The notes below the pieces were generated by a model, which made no database searches, was not told the origin of the DNA, and saw only the letters and a list, made by a program, of their open reading frames with translations. A stretch of DNA of 64,000 nucleotides from Patescibacteria group bacterium (GTDB lineage: Bacteria; Patescibacteriota; Patescibacteriia; Buchananbacterales; UBA6539), in assembly GCA_041662625.1 (NCBI GenBank), contig JBAZSB010000001.1, positions 791,710-855,709 of the forward strand, read 5' to 3'. Position numbers and translations under genes: made by a program. Shown piece by piece: positions 59,176 through 64,000 of the stretch; the first letter of the stretch is position 1, and every line of letters starts with the position of its first letter.

Positions 59176-59658
59176 TTAATCAATCTGTGCAAAAAGCACC
59201 ACGTAATTTTTGCCGTAAGCTTTGGCGCACTTTGGGCAAGTAGTATAGGAAAAATACAGTTTTTTCAATTCTTTGCCTTTACTTTTAACATATTCTTGCA
59301 TCTCAATCGCCCACTTGCCGGCATTTTGATAAGGCCCTTCAAAAACTTTGGTCAAAAAAGTACCGGAAAGTTTTGCCATCTGCGCGCCGGGGACTTCCTT
59401 GGCGACATCAATATAAAGATCAGAACCCCAAAGCGATTCGTCACAAAGCATCAGCTGATACGGCGAACGGGCACTGGCCTTTTCAATCAAAGCCATGTTT
59501 TTGACGACTTTCTTGCCAAAGTTAAGCGGAATGTGCAAAAAACTCGTCACGCGGTCTTTGACAAACAATTTGTCTTGCCAGATGATTTCTTTGTCTTGCC
59601 AAGGCGTTGGATTAAACGGCTCACAGCAGCCGGTTGATTTTACTGTTTGATTTTCCAT
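59176..59658 (-). CDS. hypothetical protein
   Basis: 160-aa ORF, no motif recognised. Confidence 0.35.
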   Translation of the reverse strand: MENQTVKSTGCCEPFNPTPWQDKEIIWQDKLFVKDRVTSFLHIPLNFGKKVVKNMALIEKASARSPYQLMLCDESLWGSDLYIDVAKEVPGAQMAKLSGTFLTKVFEGPYQNAGKWAIEMQEYVKSKGKELKKLYFSYTTCPKCAKAYGKNYVVLFAQID

Positions 59659-59800
59659 ATTTTTACTTTAAATATAATTTATTTTTATTCTTTGGCGGAG
59701 AGGCAGGGATTCCCCGCCTTCATAAATAAATTTATTTCGGCGGGTCCGCCATAATTTTTTTAAAAATGGAGGCGGAGAACCCAGCTGATCCCGCATAAAA

Positions 59801-59885
59801 CGGAGGGGACAGGATTCGAACCTGCGATCCCTTGCGGGAAAACGGTGTTCGAGACCGTCGCTTTGAACCACTCAGCCACCCCTCC
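59801..59885 (-). tRNA. tRNA-Ser (anticodon CGA), CCA not encoded
   Basis: Acceptor GGAGGGG/CCCCTCC, anticodon stem ACGGT/ACCGT loop CTCGAAC, long variable arm TCCC-GCAA-GGGA, T-arm GCAGG-TTCGAAT-CCTGT. Confidence 0.8.
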
Positions 59886-59899
59886 GTTTTATGCGGGAC

Positions 59900-59926
59900 G
59901 CTTTGAACCACTCAGCCAACCCACCA
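59900..59926 (-). pseudogene. truncated tRNA 5'-half remnant (Ser-type acceptor/D-arm, acceptor GGTGGGT)
   Basis: 20/20 nt identical to the D-arm region of the adjacent tRNA-Ser (CGCTTTGAACCACTCAGCCA) then a different acceptor sequence; no anticodon or T-arm follows. Confidence 0.6.
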
Positions 59927-59970
59927 AAATAACCATTAACTAGCCAATACAATAGCATATTTAGCCATTT

Positions 59971-59999
59971 TTTACAATTCTTGATTTTTTTGTTATAAT
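59971..59999 (+). promoter_or_regulatory. sigma70 promoter TTTACA-17-TATAAT for galU with structured leader
   Basis: Near-consensus hexamers; leader 60006-60081 contains mutually exclusive hairpins. Confidence 0.55.
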
Positions 60000-60081
60000 A
60001 AAAAAGTAAAACCAGTAAATCCAGTGGGCCAATTAGCCAGCTGGCTAACTGGATTTACTGGCTAACTGGATTTACTAACCT

Positions 60082-60948
60082 ATGTCCAAAATAAGAAAAG
60101 TTGTTATCCCTGTCGCTGGTTTGGGCACCAGGTTTTTGCCTGCCACCAAAGCCCAGCCCAAAGAAATGATGCCAATTGTTGATAAGCCGATTATCCAATA
60201 TATTGTTGAAGAAGCAGTTCGGGCCGGCATTACTGATATAATTTTGGTGACTGGCGCCACCAAGCGGGCGATTGAAGATCATTTTGATCGCAATGAAACT
60301 TTGGAAAGTTTATTAAAAAAATCGGGCAAAATTAATTATTACAGACAGATTAAAGAAGTAGCCGAGATGGCTAATTTTATTTATCTCCGCCAAAAAGGTC
60401 CTTACGGTAACGGCACACCGGTAATGAATGCCAAAAAAATAATTGGCGACGAGCCATTTGCCGTAGTCTGGGGTGATGACATTTGGGTTTGTCCCCATAA
60501 ACCCCAGCTTAAACAGCTGATTGAAGTTTACGAAAAATATGGTGATCCGGTTTTAACCGCGATGAAAACAGATGATGAAGGAACAAAAAAATACGGCATT
60601 ATTTCGGGCATCCAAGTTGAAGAAGGAGTTTTCCAGGTTAAGTCAATCAATGAAAAACCCGGGCCAAAAATTAAAAGCCGCATCGCTTCTTTGGGCGGTT
60701 TTATTTTTACTCCCGATATTTTTACCGCTTTGGAAAAAACAAAGTTAGGCAAAGGCAATGAACTCTGGCTGGTTGATGCCGTTGGTCACTTAATGAAGAA
60801 GCGACCAATTTACGCCAAAGTAATTGACGGGAAATATTACGACCCCGGTTCAAAACTGGGCTGGCTGAAAGCTAACGTTGAATTTGGTTTGAAGGATAAA
60901 GAAATTAGAGGTGAGTTTAAAAAATTTTTAAAAAAAGAAATTAAATAG
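60082..60948 (+). CDS. galU: UTP--glucose-1-phosphate uridylyltransferase
   Basis: 'KVVIPVAGLGTRFLPATKAQPKEMMPIVDKPIIQYIVEEA' canonical GalU N-terminus. Confidence 0.9.
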   Translation: MSKIRKVVIPVAGLGTRFLPATKAQPKEMMPIVDKPIIQYIVEEAVRAGITDIILVTGATKRAIEDHFDRNETLESLLKKSGKINYYRQIKEVAEMANFIYLRQKGPYGNGTPVMNAKKIIGDEPFAVVWGDDIWVCPHKPQLKQLIEVYEKYGDPVLTAMKTDDEGTKKYGIISGIQVEEGVFQVKSINEKPGPKIKSRIASLGGFIFTPDIFTALEKTKLGKGNELWLVDAVGHLMKKRPIYAKVIDGKYYDPGSKLGWLKANVEFGLKDKEIRGEFKKFLKKEIK

Positions 60949-61035
60949 AATTAAGAATCATGAATCAAGAATTAAGGTAACGTAGCAATATTCCCTTAAT
61001 TCATACTTCTTAATTCTTGATTCTTGTAAATTAAT

Positions 61036-62412
61036 ATGCACAAATTTTCAAAAATAAAAATTATCATTTTAATTCTTGTGGCCGTAATTATCACGACCGG
61101 CGGATTTCGCTGCAAATGGATTAGCCCAAAACAACAAGCGCTGCTGGAACCCGTTGAACTAACCTGGTGGGGTGTTTTCGATGACTCCCAAAATTTCACC
61201 GAAGTTATTAATGACTATAAGCAGCTTCATCCGCATATCACTATTAATTACCGCAAGCTCAGAGCGGAAGAATTTGAAAATGAATTATTGGATGCTTTAG
61301 CCGAAGATCGTGGGCCAGATATTTTTTCGATTCAAAATACTTGGGTGACTAAATATTTAGCCAAGATTGAACCCCTACCGGCCAAAACCACCATCGCTTA
61401 TGAAATAACCCAAAAAAGTTTAGGCATTAAGGAAGAAACGTTAGTTGAAATTCGCGATAATATTAGTATTACTCCACCGCAGCTAAAAAATGAATATCTT
61501 GATGTCGTATATGAAGATGTAGTAAGGGACAATAAGATTTATGGCTTACCGCTTAGCGTTGATACTTTGGGCTTATTTTTCAATCGCGATTTACTCAATA
61601 ACGCCGGGATTCCCTTACCCCCAACAAATTGGCTAACTTTACAGGAAAATGTCAAAAAATTAACGTACCAGGATCAAAGCGGTAATTTAATTCAGTCCGG
61701 AGTAGCATTAGGTACTGCTGACAATGTGGAAAATTTCGCTGACATTCTTTCAATTTTAATGCAGCAAAACGGAGCGGAAATGAATCAGGATAATCGAGTA
61801 ACTTTTGGTCTGATTCCTTCAAGCTTTCCTGATCGAACCTATAACCCTGGTCCGGAAGCGGTTCGGTTCTATACTGACTTTGCTAATCCCAGCAAAGAAG
61901 TCTACACCTGGAATGAAACTTTTTCTAATTCCATTGATGCTTTCTCCGAAGGCCGGGTAGCAATGATCTTTGGTTATAGTTATCATATCCCCTATCTCGA
62001 AGCAAAACGGCAAGGTAAGCTTAATTATGGCGTGACTAAAATGCCGCAGATTGAAGGCCGGCCGGAAATTAATGCCGCAAGCTATTGGCTGCAGACAGTT
62101 TCAAAAAAAAGTAAGCATGTTAATGAAGCCTGGGATTTTATTCAGTTTATCTCTAAAGAAAAAGAAGTTAAAAAATATTTAGACAAAACTTTAAAACCAA
62201 CCGCCCTAAGATCACTAATTGCAGAACAATTGACTAATGATAACCTAAAAGTTTTTGCTGACCAACTACTAACCAGTAAAAGCTGGTACAAAGGTAATGA
62301 TGCTTCGGTAGTTGAGAGTGCTTTTAAAGAACTGATTGATTCAATGAAAACCGAGGCTAGTTTGGAAGACTTAATCAATATTGCTGCCAGAAAAATTCAA
62401 CAAACTCTTTAA
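61036..62412 (+). CDS. ABC transporter substrate-binding protein (family 1, sugar-type), orphan
   Basis: Signal peptide + 'RCKWIS' ; SBP_bac_1-like sequence; no permease/ATPase genes adjacent. Confidence 0.65.
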   Translation: MHKFSKIKIIILILVAVIITTGGFRCKWISPKQQALLEPVELTWWGVFDDSQNFTEVINDYKQLHPHITINYRKLRAEEFENELLDALAEDRGPDIFSIQNTWVTKYLAKIEPLPAKTTIAYEITQKSLGIKEETLVEIRDNISITPPQLKNEYLDVVYEDVVRDNKIYGLPLSVDTLGLFFNRDLLNNAGIPLPPTNWLTLQENVKKLTYQDQSGNLIQSGVALGTADNVENFADILSILMQQNGAEMNQDNRVTFGLIPSSFPDRTYNPGPEAVRFYTDFANPSKEVYTWNETFSNSIDAFSEGRVAMIFGYSYHIPYLEAKRQGKLNYGVTKMPQIEGRPEINAASYWLQTVSKKSKHVNEAWDFIQFISKEKEVKKYLDKTLKPTALRSLIAEQLTNDNLKVFADQLLTSKSWYKGNDASVVESAFKELIDSMKTEASLEDLINIAARKIQQTL

Positions 62413-62419
62413 ATAGAGA

Positions 62420-62486
62420 GTAGGTTGTAGTGAGTAGGTAGTAGGCAGTTAATTTATTCTATTGCCACCTACTCACTACAACCTAC
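62420..62486. repeat. 67-nt hairpin with perfect 20-bp stem GTAGGTTGTAGTGAGTAGGT/ACCTACTCACTACAACCTAC built from CCTAC-family repeats
   Basis: Read directly; 27-nt loop; immediately after SBP stop. Confidence 0.85.
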
Positions 62487-62511
62487 AACCTAATCCCTAC
62501 AACTTAACCTT

Positions 62512-63054
62512 ATGCCCAACAAACTAAAAATTATTTTTCTCACAACCTTAGTAACTAGTGTCTTTCTAACTTTGCCTTTACCGCTTCTGGCCGCAGAGAA
62601 CTGCCCACAAACTGCTTGGCTAAAAACCATTGGAATTAAAGAAGGGCGCTTAATCCCCTGCGCCTGCATAACTTCGGAGATAAAAGAGGAAAAAGTTTTA
62701 AGTTGTGGCGTAACGGAGATGTTCCAAACCATTGTGAATTTTACCCAAATCCTTTTGGCCTTAACCGGCTCGGCCGCTCTATTGATGATTATCTATGGCG
62801 GGACCATGATGATTCTGGCTGGCGCTGGCATCACTGGCACAGGCGATAATAAAAAGAATATTAACCTGGGTAAAGATGCCATCCAGGCAGCCATTATTGG
62901 TCTAGCTATCATACTTGGTGCCTGGCTAATTGTTAATACAACAATTGCAGCCTTAACACAAGGAAAAGTTTCCGGACAAAGCTGGCTTTTTGAAGAAGGG
63001 CTGAGGTGGAATGTAGAAAGCAGTACTGGATCCTCAGAGGATTTTACACCTTAA
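62512..63054 (+). CDS. pilin-family-like secreted membrane protein with extra N-terminal Cys-containing domain
   Basis: Signal peptide, 'CPQTAWL...CACITSE...SCG', then two hydrophobic helices around 'GTGDNKKNINLGKDA'. Confidence 0.45.
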   Translation: MPNKLKIIFLTTLVTSVFLTLPLPLLAAENCPQTAWLKTIGIKEGRLIPCACITSEIKEEKVLSCGVTEMFQTIVNFTQILLALTGSAALLMIIYGGTMMILAGAGITGTGDNKKNINLGKDAIQAAIIGLAIILGAWLIVNTTIAALTQGKVSGQSWLFEEGLRWNVESSTGSSEDFTP

Positions 63055-63204
63055 AATAATTTTACAAAATGACTAGCTATGGCCTTTTCAGATTGACATT
63101 TCTGGATATTATTTATTATAATAAAAGCAGATGTTTAAAAAATAAAGCTATCAGACCCAAAACAATTTGATAATTGATAGCTATAAAAGAAAGGGGGTGG
63201 AAAA

Positions 63205-63564
63205 ATGAAAAAAATCGCAACTTTAACAACGTTAGGGGTAATTTTTGCCCTAACTGTTCTACCGGCCTTAGCTTTAGAAACCGGCCTAAATTACGGTACT
63301 TACACCGGTTTAGGCACTAAAGATATTCGCGAAGGTATCATGAATGTGGTTAACGTCTTATTAGGCTTTTTAGGTATTTTAGCGATTGTTATCATCCTCT
63401 GGGGTGGTTTCCGCTGGCTTACTTCTGGCGGCAATGAAGAAAAAGTGGGTGAAGCCAAAAAGATTATTACCGCTGGTATCATTGGTTTAGTCATTATCTT
63501 CACTGCTTACGCCATTGCTACCTTTGTCATTAATCAGTTAATTACCGCCACCGGCGCTGTCTAA
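63205..63564 (+). CDS. VirB2/TrbC-like pilin-family protein, paralog 3
   Basis: Protein about 85% identical to paralog 2 (same length, identical C-terminus VINQLITATGAV) but different codons; RBS AAGGGGGTG. Confidence 0.6.
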   Translation: MKKIATLTTLGVIFALTVLPALALETGLNYGTYTGLGTKDIREGIMNVVNVLLGFLGILAIVIILWGGFRWLTSGGNEEKVGEAKKIITAGIIGLVIIFTAYAIATFVINQLITATGAV

Positions 63565-63671
63565 ATCTGAACTGCTAATCTCAAATAACTACGGGGAGAC
63601 CCTTCTAGTTGTAAGCTGCTTTTTGGGGGCTGGCAACTGGATGGGTCTCCCCATCTACCAAATTTAAAAAA

Positions 63672-64000
63672 ATGAAAGTGACTAAGAAAAAAATAGTTTT
63701 TGTGCTTTTAACAATTGGTTTTCTAACGATTTTATTATCACCTCAAATAATTTTAGCTGCCGACTGTACTAGTGCTGACTGTGCTCTTAAAGGTTTAGAT
63801 GTCACTGCCACTAATGCGGGTTTTGGTGCCGGAGAAAAGCGTGACATCCCAACCATTATCGGTGAAGCAATTAATTATGTTTTTGGCATTGTCGGGGTGA
63901 TTTTTTTAACCATTATTTTAGTTGGCGGCTACCTTTGGATGACCGCGGGTGGCAGTGAAGAGAAAGTGGGTAAGGCTAAAAGCTTTATCGTTAATGGCAT
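63672..64000 (+). CDS. pilin-family-like protein, paralog 4 (partial, runs off window)
   Basis: Signal peptide, 'GGYLWMTAGGSEEKVGKAKSFI' matching the family's inter-helix motif. Confidence 0.45.
   Translation, partial: MKVTKKKIVFVLLTIGFLTILLSPQIILAADCTSADCALKGLDVTATNAGFGAGEKRDIPTIIGEAINYVFGIVGVIFLTIILVGGYLWMTAGGSEEKVGKAKSFIVNG

Overview
This window has a low-GC backbone (roughly 35-40% GC by eye). I infer a Patescibacteria/CPR-like organism, but I cannot prove the lineage from sequence alone. The evidence is a complete F1Fo ATP synthase operon with a short delta subunit and largely Shine-Dalgarno-less genes, plus many small membrane or secreted proteins. It is also supported by a 23S-IVS-type four-helix-bundle protein, an ORF6N protein, a lamin-tail-domain protein and several VirB2/TrbC-like pilin paralogs.

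Backbone genes I can support include:
- a HAD hydrolase and a CapA-like metallophosphatase with FG-GAP repeats;
- guaA (GMP synthase) and a CBS-less IMP dehydrogenase-like gene (guaB), transcribed divergently;
- an amidohydrolase, a TrmL-like methyltransferase and ruvB;
- an atpZ-like gene and atpBEFHAGDC;
- a Wzx-like flippase, an HD-domain protein and an O-antigen-ligase-like protein;
- an MBL hydrolase, a P-loop kinase, a YbaK-like deacylase and a CBS-pair protein with an ArsB/NhaD permease;
- rubrerythrin, an MFS transporter, galU and an ABC substrate-binding protein;
- four tRNAs: Leu-UAG, Gly-GCC, Leu-UAA and Ser-CGA.

Seven short GC-rich islands are embedded in this backbone. Six carry one or two genes each, and each gene has a canonical GGAGG ribosome-binding site and a rho-independent terminator; all but one (the aminotransferase) also has a sigma70-like promoter or an AT-rich upstream flank. 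The genes are a LacD-like aldolase, a type IV pilin, a PLP-dependent decarboxylase with a class-I aminotransferase, a GAF/HD-GYP protein, an IT-superfamily permease and a HAD hydrolase. The seventh island is about 0.85 kb, non-coding, and has its own promoter and tandem terminators.

The most unusual feature is two families of perfect palindromic elements inserted in frame inside coding sequences. Family A has a GGTGCGATTCGCGAATCGCACC core. Family B has a GTAGAGACGC...GCGTCTCTAC stem and includes a copy inside a REP-associated/IS200-like HUH transposase gene.

Other notable structures:
- a pyrimidine-rich CCTAC/TCCTAC 5'-UTR repeat family that forms long hairpins where two copies face each other;
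- a 7-nt SSR (CTCGGGG x4) inside the O-antigen-ligase-like gene;
- a tRNA-Ser flanked by an inverted repeat and a truncated second tRNA 5' half;
- structured leaders on the ATP synthase operon and galU;
- near-identical 3' halves in two pilin paralogs.

I found no rRNA and no CRISPR array.
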